Part shown: in pieces, positions 1-9,217 of the stretch
Layout of the letters: the number at the start of each line of letters is the position of its first letter
How positions within the stretch are numbered: the stretch's first letter is position 1
Assembly: GCA_043823745.1 (NCBI GenBank)
Contig: JBDRAN010000003.1
Location: forward strand, 66,958-130,957
Length of the DNA: 64,000 nucleotides
From: Candidatus Omnitrophota bacterium
GTDB lineage: Bacteria > Omnitrophota > Gorgyraeia > Duberdicusellales > 4484-171
Direction: 5' to 3'
The notes under the pieces: generated by a model
The model's database searches: none
What the model was told of the DNA's origin: nothing
What the model saw: the letters and a program-made list of their open reading frames with translations, nothing else
Program-made: the position numbers and the translations under genes

Positions 1-178
1 ACGGCTCACCGTATAGAAATAACTACGCGCAGGTAGTTTACTACACTCTACGGGAAACGATACACCAGCTCTGAAATCACTTCGACGTTCTTGCATACTA
101 TTCGAAAATAAAAAAATTTTTCATATAATGATACACAAAATATAACATACTTTTTGCTGTTTGTCAAATAAACACCCT

Positions 179-1288
179 CTACGCCCCGCTCCCGAGTCCA
201 GAAACACAAAAACTGCGCAGCGTTCGAGAAACGACGGCAGGCGCAATAGCGTTGATTACCTTGACCTTACCGATGCGACGCAACAACACCATACGCATTC
301 CACCCGATGTAAATTTCTTATCGTACCGCATCGCCTTCAAAACTCCACGCGATGGCTTTGCCCATACAGTTGGCAAGCCGAAAAGTTTAATCGCATGATG
401 CAGTTCGCGTACCGCGGCAGCAGAACAGGTGCCTAAGCTAAAAGAAAGCTTGGCGGCGTAACACATCCCCAGAGCCACCGCCTCGCCATGGGTAAGCTGC
501 GCGTAGGCACCGGAGGCTTCAAGTGCGTGGGCCAGGGTGTGACCAAAATTAAGAATTGTGCGTATCCCCTTTTTTTCCCGCTCGTCGCGCGACACGATAC
601 GAGCCTTAATCGCAACGCAAGACTGAATCACATGATTAAGCGCTTGATACCGCAATGCCAGGATATCAGCCGAATACCGCCGCAGGTAATCAAAAAAGGC
701 GCGATCCTCGATAACACCGTATTTAATCGCTTCAGCCATCCCCTCGCGCACCTGCCGAGGGCCCAACGTCAAAAGAAATGCCGGATCAATAAAAACAGCT
801 TTTGGCTGATAGAATGTCCCAAGTATGTTCTTTGCCTGGGGCAAATCAATTGCGGTTTTACCCCCGATGGAAGAATCGATCTGGGCAAGCAACGTAGTCG
901 GAACCTGGATATACGGTATCCCGCGCTTATACACCGAAGCAGCAAAGCCGCCAACATCTCCAACGGTTCCTCCACCGATACATACAAGAAATAGCGCTTT
1001 TCCGACACCATCAACCTCCAGAAGGCTCGAAATAATTTTGAGAAACTCAGGAAATGATTTTGCTTTCTCTCCGTCATCAACGATAACGATACGGTGCGGC
1101 AGACGGAGGAATGCCGCCTCGATTGTTTTTTTATGAAGGGTATACACTCGGGCCGAGGTAACGATTACCGCGACGTTACCAAGCTTACGCGCGGCCACAA
1201 AAGACCCGATACGGAATACGCAGCGTGCCCCGATATAGATAGGATATGTGTTTTCAGGCGTGCAAACCGTTATTGTCTTACCCGTCAT
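179..1288 (-). CDS. aroB: 3-dehydroquinate synthase
   Basis: 369 aa; Gly-rich NAD site GGGTVGDVGGFAA and metal-site motif IPYIQVPTTLLAQIDSSIGGKT typical of AroB; overlaps the upstream M50 gene by 4 nt. Confidence 0.85.
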   Translation of the reverse strand: MTGKTITVCTPENTYPIYIGARCVFRIGSFVAARKLGNVAVIVTSARVYTLHKKTIEAAFLRLPHRIVIVDDGEKAKSFPEFLKIISSLLEVDGVGKALFLVCIGGGTVGDVGGFAASVYKRGIPYIQVPTTLLAQIDSSIGGKTAIDLPQAKNILGTFYQPKAVFIDPAFLLTLGPRQVREGMAEAIKYGVIEDRAFFDYLRRYSADILALRYQALNHVIQSCVAIKARIVSRDEREKKGIRTILNFGHTLAHALEASGAYAQLTHGEAVALGMCYAAKLSFSLGTCSAAAVRELHHAIKLFGLPTVWAKPSRGVLKAMRYDKKFTSGGMRMVLLRRIGKVKVINAIAPAVVSRTLRSFCVSGLGSGA

Positions 1289-1905
1289 ATTCTCACGTCC
1301 AGAAATTTAAGCGCTATAGTGAGAAAACTTTCAAGAAACCAATTAAAAATTCCTGCCTGCAGGAGAATAATAATCGCGATAATACCGGCGATTTCCATCT
1401 TCAAATATTTATATGATGCACGCGGCGGAAGAAACGCTGCGACAATTTTTGAACCGTCAAGCGGCGGTATCGGCACCATATTAAAAAACCCAAGCGCGAA
1501 ATTAATAATCATAACCGTAAGTAACGCCTGCGTAAAAAAGGGCCAGCCCGCCTTAAGCAAGAGCGCAAAAAAAATCCCCATAAGCACGTTGACCGCGGGG
1601 CCGGCTAATGCTACCCACATCATGCCACGACGGGGATTACGGAAATGGTACGGATTCACCGGAACCGGCTTCGCGTACCCGAAAGAAAACGAGCCATGAC
1701 TGGCCAACAGAAGCACCACCGGAAGGATCAGGGTTCCAAAAACATCAATATGCCGGAGGGGGTTTAAACTTAAACGACCGGCCTGCCGAGCGGTAGAATC
1801 ACCAAGCTTATCCGCTACCCAACCATGAGAAAATTCATGGACCGTAATGGATAAGAAAAGAAATACGAGCAAAAGAAGAGTTGCAAACCCCGATTCGATA
1901 CTCAC
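1285..1905 (-). CDS. short M50-family (site-2-protease-like) zinc metalloprotease, polytopic membrane protein
   Basis: 206 aa; HEFSHGWVADKLGD (HExxH) plus downstream NMVPIPPLDGSK (LDG motif); multiple hydrophobic segments. Confidence 0.65.
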   Translation of the reverse strand: MSIESGFATLLLLVFLFLSITVHEFSHGWVADKLGDSTARQAGRLSLNPLRHIDVFGTLILPVVLLLASHGSFSFGYAKPVPVNPYHFRNPRRGMMWVALAGPAVNVLMGIFFALLLKAGWPFFTQALLTVMIINFALGFFNMVPIPPLDGSKIVAAFLPPRASYKYLKMEIAGIIAIIILLQAGIFNWFLESFLTIALKFLDVRI

Positions 1906-2579
1906 CGCTTAAAGGATAGTTTTTTGACCACGACGTAATCACAGGTACCTCTTACGCGCCGACCGATAATTCGTACTTTTTTATTAATAAATTTCTGATG
2001 GTGTGGTGAAGAAATTCTTAGGGGGTACTTTTGATCACTTTTCAAAAGGCAATTTGCCGGACACTCACGCTGCGCTTTAAGATACAAAATAACGCCTTCC
2101 TGATGAACGAGGCGCGCGCGGGGCAGGAGCGCGAGTAAATTTCGATGAACCCAGCCTAACACATACGGATACCCGATAACTTTATACCAGCCGTCCACCC
2201 GCTCAATAATACTGAGCACATCGCCTTTTCGCACCGTGCCGAGCACATAGGAGTCAACCCCTGGTTGGCTACGCACATTAAGCAACGAGGCGCTGACACG
2301 GCCCTTGCCGTCACCCATATTTTCAAGAAATTCTGCGGCTACATAACAGGTAAATTTTTTAGGGAGGCGGACGCGGCACCAGCCATACCGTTCCTCAACG
2401 ATCTGGACCTCATCCGATTTCTGAAGCGTTCCAATGACCTCTGACATAGGCGTTGAGTCAACGCGTACGTTAATGTCACTTTTTACCGGATGCGCGATAC
2501 GTGCCGTTGCCGCAAAGAGCGCAGGAACACACAAACACACAATCAAAAATAAAAAACTAACGCGGCTTACTTGTTTCAT
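1902..2579 (-). CDS. secreted protein with two bacterial SH3-like domains
   Basis: 225 aa; N-terminal signal peptide (FLFLIVCLCVPALFAA); two repeats of the pattern ...GxVxxGDxxxIxERxxGWxxV. Confidence 0.45.
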   Translation of the reverse strand: MKQVSRVSFLFLIVCLCVPALFAATARIAHPVKSDINVRVDSTPMSEVIGTLQKSDEVQIVEERYGWCRVRLPKKFTCYVAAEFLENMGDGKGRVSASLLNVRSQPGVDSYVLGTVRKGDVLSIIERVDGWYKVIGYPYVLGWVHRNLLALLPRARLVHQEGVILYLKAQRECPANCLLKSDQKYPLRISSPHHQKFINKKVRIIGRRVRGTCDYVVVKKLSFKR

Positions 2580-2600
2580 GGCATCGTGAAAGCACAGGTT

Positions 2601-2861
2601 CTATTTCGCTGCTGACTTAGCGCCGCTTGCAGGCTTGATCGCTGACGTTGCGGCGGCAGCTTCGGGCTTGGCTTCCTCTTTTGCCTTTTCTTTCTTGACG
2701 GCCTTAAGCTTAATCACTTTAATCTTTGGAAGGCCAAGAACACGATCTTTTTCCTTCCAGAGGCCTTTTTCCATCAGCCACTTGATCCGCTCGCTGCGTT
2801 TCATAACAGAACGCGACGCGGTCATTTTCTCTGCTCTTTTTAAAGATGAATGTAACCCCAT
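2601..2861 (-). CDS. small basic Lys/Ala-rich protein of unknown function
   Basis: 86 aa (true start may be the internal MTASR...); C-terminal KKEKAKEEAKPEAAAATSAIKPASGAKSAAK tail resembles histone-H1-like repeats; no family recognised. Confidence 0.3.
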   Translation of the reverse strand: MGLHSSLKRAEKMTASRSVMKRSERIKWLMEKGLWKEKDRVLGLPKIKVIKLKAVKKEKAKEEAKPEAAAATSAIKPASGAKSAAK

Positions 2862-2903
2862 GTAATACCTCCTTACCGATTGTAATAATTGGATTGAACT
2901 GCG

Positions 2904-3548
2904 CTATGAAAGCGTGCGCACAACACAGGGGCCATACGTTTGTCCAAGCAGTTTTGCGTTGCGTTGCGCTTCCTGCTTACTCTGAAAATCGCCGACAAAA
3001 ACGACGACATATTTGCCTTTTTTTTCTACATACACCGGATACCCCTTATTCGCAAGCTTGCGGGCCTCCCGATTTGCAGAATCTTCCCCGCTATAAGAAG
3101 CAACCTGAATCACGTACCGGGCACCGCGCGCGCTCGCACGGGGGATACCCCTCTTGACGTTACCACTTTTTGCTGTTTCTTTCTTTTCTATCTTGACCAC
3201 CGAGATCGTTTCCGCGGGCTTTTGGTCGACCGGCACCACCACCTCACCTACCCCTCCACTCGCAGGCGTCGAGAGAGCTGTCGCTACCGTGCTGTTTTTA
3301 AACGCAAGCGCCATTACCGTACCATTGGTAAGCGCCTCATCAAGAGACACGTTCTTTACTTTATCGTCAGCATTCAAATAAACAATCTTCCTTCCTCTCT
3401 CCACGCCTAACGAAAACGATAGCGTAAAAAGCAGTACCGCGACGATAAGCAGCAGGATCAGCGTATCCAAAGGTAAAATCACCGTATAGCGTTTCTTGGT
3501 ATTTTTACCCTCGTCAACCCCAAAAAGATGCAGTTGCTTCTCATCCAT
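2904..3548 (-). CDS. SPOR-domain membrane protein (FtsN/DedD-like peptidoglycan-binding)
   Basis: 214 aa; one TM segment (LILLLIVAVLLFTL); C-terminal YVIQVASYSGEDSANREARKLANKGYPVYV...VVFVGDFQSKQEAQ matches SPOR fold signature. Confidence 0.55.
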   Translation of the reverse strand: MDEKQLHLFGVDEGKNTKKRYTVILPLDTLILLLIVAVLLFTLSFSLGVERGRKIVYLNADDKVKNVSLDEALTNGTVMALAFKNSTVATALSTPASGGVGEVVVPVDQKPAETISVVKIEKKETAKSGNVKRGIPRASARGARYVIQVASYSGEDSANREARKLANKGYPVYVEKKGKYVVVFVGDFQSKQEAQRNAKLLGQTYGPCVVRTLS

Positions 3549-3564
3549 GGCAGTATTATATTAA

Positions 3565-4635
3565 TTATAAGAAGGATTGCAAGTATTTTCTTATCCCCTT
3601 GCGCCTTAATACTTTAAGTAAAGCTTCCACTACCTGGGGATCGAATTGATTTCCGGCCTTACTGCGGAATTCACTCTCGATGGCCTCCAGATACCGTCGC
3701 TTGCGGTAGGGCCGACCGAAAAACATAGCATCGAAAGCATCCAATACAGCCAGAATACGTGATCCCAACGGAATACCATCCTTCTTAAGCTTGCCGGGAT
3801 ACCCTTTACCGTCATAACGCTCATGGTGATGTAAAATTATAGGGATTGCGGGTTTGAGCAATTCTAAATCCTTAATGAGCTCAACTCCTTTGCGCGGGTG
3901 CTTCATTACAAGTTTATACTCCTCGTCAGTGAGCGGTTTTTGTTTCTTTAAAATCTTAGACGGCAACTGGATTTTTCCGGCATCGTGCAGAAGGGACGCG
4001 TACTCGAGGGATTTAATCTCTGACTCAGAAAGCTTCATCTCTTTACCAACAACCTTAATGAGACGAAAAACACTTTTGGTATGTAAATGTGATGTGGGGA
4101 CATACTGATCAAGAAGTTTCGTAAACGATTTCACGTAATTGATCATCGCGCGCCGCGCTTCACGATACAGAGCGAAAATTTTAAGGCCGATGCTTACTTC
4201 TTCACAAATCGAAAGAAACCACCTACGTTCAAACTCATTAAAAATTGCGCCGCGCTCTTTACGTTTAATATAAACAGCCCCCATCGTATCGGAAAAAATA
4301 AACGGGTATACCAGGCGATTATCGAGGAAAATTTCTTTTTCCTGAGTTAGAATATCCCGTTCTCGATGGGTCAGGATAGAAACTCCGCCCTTCTTGATGT
4401 AGTGCGTTTTGTCCTCAAGACGTATCTTAATAAACCCCTGACCGTTGAGGTTTTTGCAGACCATAACGACCTTATCGCTCCGGAAAGCGCCACGATACAC
4501 GCGACAGACGCCGCTTAGGAAATTCGTAACATCAGCGGACGTAGTTACGAGACGATAAATAGTATGGAATGCGGAAAATACAGTTTTATACTTTTTCATA
4601 AGGGTCAAATAATCGCTTATATTCTTGGAGCGCAT
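3565..4635 (-). CDS. HD-GYP phosphodiesterase with N-terminal GAF-like sensor region
   Basis: 356 aa; LLHDAGKI ... HHHERYDGKGYPGKL (HD and HHExxDGxGYP motifs); roughly 180-aa N-terminal uncharacterised domain. Confidence 0.7.
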   Translation of the reverse strand: MRSKNISDYLTLMKKYKTVFSAFHTIYRLVTTSADVTNFLSGVCRVYRGAFRSDKVVMVCKNLNGQGFIKIRLEDKTHYIKKGGVSILTHRERDILTQEKEIFLDNRLVYPFIFSDTMGAVYIKRKERGAIFNEFERRWFLSICEEVSIGLKIFALYREARRAMINYVKSFTKLLDQYVPTSHLHTKSVFRLIKVVGKEMKLSESEIKSLEYASLLHDAGKIQLPSKILKKQKPLTDEEYKLVMKHPRKGVELIKDLELLKPAIPIILHHHERYDGKGYPGKLKKDGIPLGSRILAVLDAFDAMFFGRPYRKRRYLEAIESEFRSKAGNQFDPQVVEALLKVLRRKGIRKYLQSFL

Positions 4636-5782
4636 ACCGGTCGGTCATACCCGCAATATGGTCGCAAATGTTCCGCTTGATGTTCTTGCCCCGCGAGGCA
4701 CCCGGAGGAAGAAGTTCCGGATTATTCAGATATACGCTAAAAAGCTCCGTTACAAAGCGTTTCGCCTTATCGGACATACGTACAACTCTCCAATGACAGT
4801 ACAATCGCTTATACAGAAACGAGCGGAGCTCGGCTCTCAAATCGCGCAATTCCTTTCCGAATGTCACCATTCGATGGGCACATTGTATCACATCGCTCAC
4901 GCTTCTAATATCAAATTTCCTGATATTGGCGATGGTCGTATCTATTAAATTACCCACCTGCAGGTTAATCAGGTTCCTGATCGCCAGATACACGCGTAAT
5001 TCGCGGCTTATATTTGAATACTCATTCTTTATTTGAGCGCACGCCTTATTCCAGAGCGCAACAGACCGTAAGTCATCCTCCGTAAGCATGCCTGATTTTA
5101 TACCGTCATCAAGATCGTGGCTATCGTACGCAATCTCATCGGCAACATCCATGACTTGTGTCTCCAGTAGCGGCTGTTTATGCCCTCGTTTCAGAAATTC
5201 TTTGGGGTACCGATGAACGCGCGTTGTGCTATGCTTAATAATGCCTTCGCGCGTCTCCCAGGAAAGGTTGAGCCCCTTAAAACTTGGATAACGCTCCTCA
5301 AGAATATCCACGACGCGCAACCCTTGAGTATTATGATCAAACCCTCCATCCCGAGCCATAAGGCCATTGAGCGTTGCCTCGACCGCGTGGCCAAACGGAG
5401 TATGCCCCACATCGTGCGCTAAAGAAACAGCCTCCGTAAGGTCTTCATTTAACCCTAATATCTTACTGATCGTACGCGCTATTTGAGTTACTTCGAGCGT
5501 ATGAGTAAGCCGCGTACGGTAGTAATCGCCCTCATGATACACAAAAACTTGCGTTTTATACTCAAGGCGCCTGAAAGCCGCTGAATGAATAATTCTATCT
5601 CTATCACGCTGATAGGCAGAACGATACGGATGCTCCTCCTCCTCGTGAAGCCTTCCTCTGGAGTCACGTGCCTTCATTGCGTACGGTGCAAGCATCCTCT
5701 CCTCGCGCAGTTCGAGCTCCTGACGCGATAGTGCTTTTTCCGAACCAGATATATTTGCAGAACGAAATTTTTGTTTTTTCAT
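4586..5782 (-). CDS. dgt: dGTP triphosphohydrolase-like HD-domain protein
   Basis: 398 aa; YRTRLTHTLEVTQIARTI...AHDVGHTPFGH typical of the dGTPase family; overlaps the HD-GYP gene by 50 nt. Confidence 0.75.
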   Translation of the reverse strand: MKKQKFRSANISGSEKALSRQELELREERMLAPYAMKARDSRGRLHEEEEHPYRSAYQRDRDRIIHSAAFRRLEYKTQVFVYHEGDYYRTRLTHTLEVTQIARTISKILGLNEDLTEAVSLAHDVGHTPFGHAVEATLNGLMARDGGFDHNTQGLRVVDILEERYPSFKGLNLSWETREGIIKHSTTRVHRYPKEFLKRGHKQPLLETQVMDVADEIAYDSHDLDDGIKSGMLTEDDLRSVALWNKACAQIKNEYSNISRELRVYLAIRNLINLQVGNLIDTTIANIRKFDIRSVSDVIQCAHRMVTFGKELRDLRAELRSFLYKRLYCHWRVVRMSDKAKRFVTELFSVYLNNPELLPPGASRGKNIKRNICDHIAGMTDRYALQEYKRLFDPYEKV

Positions 5783-5794
5783 AGCACGAACTGA

Positions 5795-6274
5795 TCAAAG
5801 AGCATTCTTAAACTTCCGATACAACTCCTCGAGGCTTTGCGAAATCACCTTCGTACGGGCAATGGAGGGCATAAAATTTGTATCCCCAAGCCATCGCGGA
5901 ACACAATGCACGTGCAGATGCCGATCAAGACCGGCCCCGGCGACTTTGCCCATGTTAATGCCGATATTAAATCCCTGGGCTCGTAAAATTTTACGCAAAA
6001 CGGAAACCGTTCGAACTAATGTTTTATTGACGTCGAGAAGCTCTTGATCGCTTAAATGCTCCAATGTCGCTACGTGCCGGTTCGTGACAACCATGACGTG
6101 TCCGTTATTGTAAGGAAAGGCGTTCAGCGCCACATAGCAATGCTTTGAGCGCATCACAACAAAATTGTTACGGCTCGCTCTGTTCTGTTTACGCAGGCGG
6201 CACAAAATACACCCCTTCTGCTTCGCAACCCGCCCAACATATCCGATGCGCCAGGGCGCCCAAAGTTTATTCAA
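5795..6274 (-). CDS. HIT-family nucleotide hydrolase/transferase
   Basis: 159 aa; ALNAFPYNNGHVMVV and histidine triad HLHVHCVP. Confidence 0.6.
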   Translation of the reverse strand: MNKLWAPWRIGYVGRVAKQKGCILCRLRKQNRASRNNFVVMRSKHCYVALNAFPYNNGHVMVVTNRHVATLEHLSDQELLDVNKTLVRTVSVLRKILRAQGFNIGINMGKVAGAGLDRHLHVHCVPRWLGDTNFMPSIARTKVISQSLEELYRKFKNAL

Positions 6275-6764
6275 TTTTAATTATCCTCCTCTGGATATGC
6301 ATTCCGCTGATCTCAAGAATACCATATGAGCGATACGGTGAAAATATTTTATCTGTGGGAGAGCCGGGATTAAAAAAAATAGTGCCGTCAATCTCCTGCT
6401 CAGCCGCAAAGTGCGAATGACCATACACAACCATAGCAAGTGACGACACTTCTCCTGAAAATTCACCACAAATATAGTTGATAAGATTCGTGGGAGAGCC
6501 GCGCCCATGGATCAACCCAAGGCGCACCCCCTCAAAGGGAATAATTTGTTTCAAGGGCAGTTTTTCGCATATATCGCGGCCATCAATATTTCCACAGACA
6601 CCGTACGTCTTTGTCAGCGAGGCGAGCTTTCGGAATACATCATAACTAATAAAATCGCCTGCGTGAAAACAGCAATCACTCTTTTTCGCTTCTTCAAGAA
6701 TTACGGTCGGTAAATCGTTTTCTGCAACGGGAATATGGGTATCAGAAAGTACTAGAATTCGCAT
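6267..6764 (-). CDS. MJ0936/YfcE-family metallophosphoesterase (calcineurin-like phosphodiesterase)
   Basis: 165 aa; MRILVLSDTHIP, GD..., GNIDG, GHSH metal-ligand motifs. Confidence 0.7.
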   Translation of the reverse strand: MRILVLSDTHIPVAENDLPTVILEEAKKSDCCFHAGDFISYDVFRKLASLTKTYGVCGNIDGRDICEKLPLKQIIPFEGVRLGLIHGRGSPTNLINYICGEFSGEVSSLAMVVYGHSHFAAEQEIDGTIFFNPGSPTDKIFSPYRSYGILEISGMHIQRRIIKIE

Positions 6765-8361
6765 GTTCGTTTTGGTAATCCTTGTCTTCAGAATGAGGCA
6801 TCATGGGCTTATTATAAAGGGCGCGCAATCTGTTGATGTCGCTGGCATCCCAGGTGACGAGTTTATGGTTTTTAGCGATTAACCGTGCCGAAGAACTAAA
6901 TGAGTCCATGGCAATAAAGATTTTTTTGACGCGCCGACTCCTGAAGCCTCGGGCGCGCTCGATGAATTCGATGACGTCGCCATCCTGAGCCGAACCTTCC
7001 TTGATGGCGGCAAAGATAATTTCTTTGCCCTCCCCAATAAAAATATGGGTATTTTTTTCCGGGTATGAGACTATCTTTGTTTTATGTATCAACGGTAAAT
7101 TATATTTATGCTTTCCGGTACGAATGTAATCATCTTTGAACGCACCCACCAGCTCAAGAACGCGAGTAACGCCGTTTTTGATAAACTCCTCCTTAAAAGC
7201 AACGAAATCATTTTCAACCGTCATCCTCCATGCCGCCTGGGATTTAGTTGAATCGAAGAGCGCCGACAAAAAACGTGGTTTAAAAACACGCGAAAGCCAA
7301 AAAGAAAAAAGTGGATCGCTGATTTTATAAATATCACCATAGCTGGTTATATACTGTGTGTTCACAAGCTTCTCGAGGCGCACGGCAAGACTTTTCGCAT
7401 CACAATCAACCACACTTGCGATCTCCCGCAATCGCGCATAGCCCTGCGCGAGTGCCAATAAAATCCTGATGATCACCGTCGCATCTTTATGGGACACCTT
7501 TACCAGATCGATTCGCTGAATAAACTTCTGAAAAAAATACGCTTCAGGCTCATGCAACGTTTCCGTAAGGATCTTGATCAACGATCCGCCTTCATCATCT
7601 GCGCGATAATGAACGCGGATGGCGCGGGCCATAAGATCGTAATGCATACTATGAGAGCCTACCATATTAACAAAAAAAGCCGTAAATAAAGGCGAGGGCG
7701 AAATGGGCGCAAGAGAATTTTTAAGACATCGGTAGCTGGCAAAAAAGTCTTGTTCACTTATATATAGTTTTTCAAAATTGCCGAAAAGAAGATTGAGCTC
7801 GTTGCCAATAACCTTCTCCGCTCGTGCGGGGGCAGAGGAAGTAAGAACGGTCATGCAACTACGCTGCAAAATTAGAAATTTGGAGAAATCCTGGAAAAAT
7901 GAAGGAAAGAGCTCCGCCAGCGCAAGAAAATCCTCAATGATTAAAATACATTTTTTGCCAGTTTCGTTAATAAATTTGTTAATAACCTCTATGATTTCAA
8001 GAAACGAAACATTCTCTTTTTTGAATAATTCTTTAAGGAGGGAAGCTGTAAGCGGTAGTGTTATCTCGCTTGCGTGCAGGAGCTCATCAAGATTCTTATC
8101 AATCCCGGCGTAATCACGCAAAAGAGAGCACGCAATCGCCCTCAGGAAACCGCGCCGGTCAAGATATCGGGAATAAACACGAACGCACGTAAAATTCTGG
8201 GTGGGCGCGCTGTTAAAATAGCTGGTCAACAAATAACTGATCTCGTCACGATCATCAGCGAGAAGCACTAAATTCTGCCGATACCCCTCGTTAAAAGCTC
8301 TCAGACGTTTATCGAAAACCGAGAGCTTGCTCTCCCATGACCACGGCTCGCTCATATACAC
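6742..8361 (-). CDS. ATPase_2 (archaeal-type AAA+)/DUF234-like protein with degenerate P-loop
   Basis: 539 aa; domain order and Walker-B-like CILIIEDF resemble the PF01637+DUF234 architecture, but the Walker A position reads NLVLLADDRDEISYLL (no GxxxxGKT); assignment by pattern memory only. Confidence 0.35.
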   Translation of the reverse strand: MYMSEPWSWESKLSVFDKRLRAFNEGYRQNLVLLADDRDEISYLLTSYFNSAPTQNFTCVRVYSRYLDRRGFLRAIACSLLRDYAGIDKNLDELLHASEITLPLTASLLKELFKKENVSFLEIIEVINKFINETGKKCILIIEDFLALAELFPSFFQDFSKFLILQRSCMTVLTSSAPARAEKVIGNELNLLFGNFEKLYISEQDFFASYRCLKNSLAPISPSPLFTAFFVNMVGSHSMHYDLMARAIRVHYRADDEGGSLIKILTETLHEPEAYFFQKFIQRIDLVKVSHKDATVIIRILLALAQGYARLREIASVVDCDAKSLAVRLEKLVNTQYITSYGDIYKISDPLFSFWLSRVFKPRFLSALFDSTKSQAAWRMTVENDFVAFKEEFIKNGVTRVLELVGAFKDDYIRTGKHKYNLPLIHKTKIVSYPEKNTHIFIGEGKEIIFAAIKEGSAQDGDVIEFIERARGFRSRRVKKIFIAMDSFSSSARLIAKNHKLVTWDASDINRLRALYNKPMMPHSEDKDYQNEHANSSTF

Positions 8362-8362
8362 C

Positions 8363-8995
8363 CTACTTTAGGTATCGTAACGGGTCTAGTGGATTGTGTG
8401 CGCGCCGAACCTCGAAGTGTAAAACATAGGTACCGTCCTGTCCGCACGCAACTCGAGCAAGTGACTGACCCTGATCAACACGTGCCCCATCTGCAATTGA
8501 AATATCCTGTACCCCTGCATAGACCGTATAAAAATTTGCGGGATGCTCCAAAACAATCGTCTGCCCCCAACCTTTTATATGATCAACAAAAATCACTTTT
8601 CCGGCCGCCGACGCTTTTACGACCTCAAGTGAGCCGACTTTAACATTGAGCCCTTTGTTCTTAAGATTACCCGAGCTTGATCCGAAGGTGCCGACAATCA
8701 CGCCTCGTAACGGCCAACGAAACACACCGCTGCCGAGCGCCTGTATACCGCTTCCTGGAATTCGTATATTTTGCCCCACACGCAACTCTACTCCGGGGGA
8801 AAAATTATTGCTACGACGTAACGCCTCCAAACTAATTCCGTACGTACGCCCGATACTCCATAATGTATCACCCCGCGCAACAACATGCATCTGTATGGCT
8901 GATATGGACGAAGGAACGTAGGGTTGCTGTACTGGTGCGTGATGGGAAACGCAACCGGCAAGCGTGATAATAAAAAATAAAAACAAAATTCTCAT
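8363..8995 (-). CDS. LysM-domain M23 peptidase lipoprotein
   Basis: 210 aa; lipobox ITLAGC; LysM (VARGDTLWSIGRTYGISLEALRRSNN); M23 core with HFEVR zinc motif. Confidence 0.7.
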   Translation of the reverse strand: MRILFLFFIITLAGCVSHHAPVQQPYVPSSISAIQMHVVARGDTLWSIGRTYGISLEALRRSNNFSPGVELRVGQNIRIPGSGIQALGSGVFRWPLRGVIVGTFGSSSGNLKNKGLNVKVGSLEVVKASAAGKVIFVDHIKGWGQTIVLEHPANFYTVYAGVQDISIADGARVDQGQSLARVACGQDGTYVLHFEVRRAHNPLDPLRYLK

Positions 8996-9065
8996 ATTAT
9001 CAAAGAAAGCTGGCTACAGTACTATACATTAAATAAGAAAAAAGTTCAACCCAGATTTTTCCTAA

Positions 9066-9108
9066 TGAAAAATCTGCCCGAAGGGCCGCCCTTTCAACGA
9101 AAGGGCGG
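9066..9108 (-). terminator. candidate Rho-independent terminator (two stacked GC hairpins then U-run on minus strand)
   Basis: plus-strand CCGCCCTTT-caacg-AAAGGGCGG (9086-9108) and GCCCgaaGGGC (9076-9086); minus-sense continues AGAUUUUUCAUU. Confidence 0.35.
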
Positions 9109-9116
9109 GATTAACC

Positions 9117-9217
9117 CCGCCCCAATTTTATTGAAAAGGAGAGTAATAAGGAAAATATTTAATTCGTTTATTGGCTTGGACACAACCTCCAAGCTTTTGT
9201 TTATAAAATTGGGGCGG
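9117..9217. repeat. 14-bp perfect inverted repeat (CCGCCCCAATTTTA / TAAAATTGGGGCGG) enclosing 73 nt with an internal 6-bp hairpin (CTTGGA-cacaacc-TCCAAG)
   Basis: read directly; lies in the non-coding tail downstream of tRNA-Gly. Confidence 0.6.
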
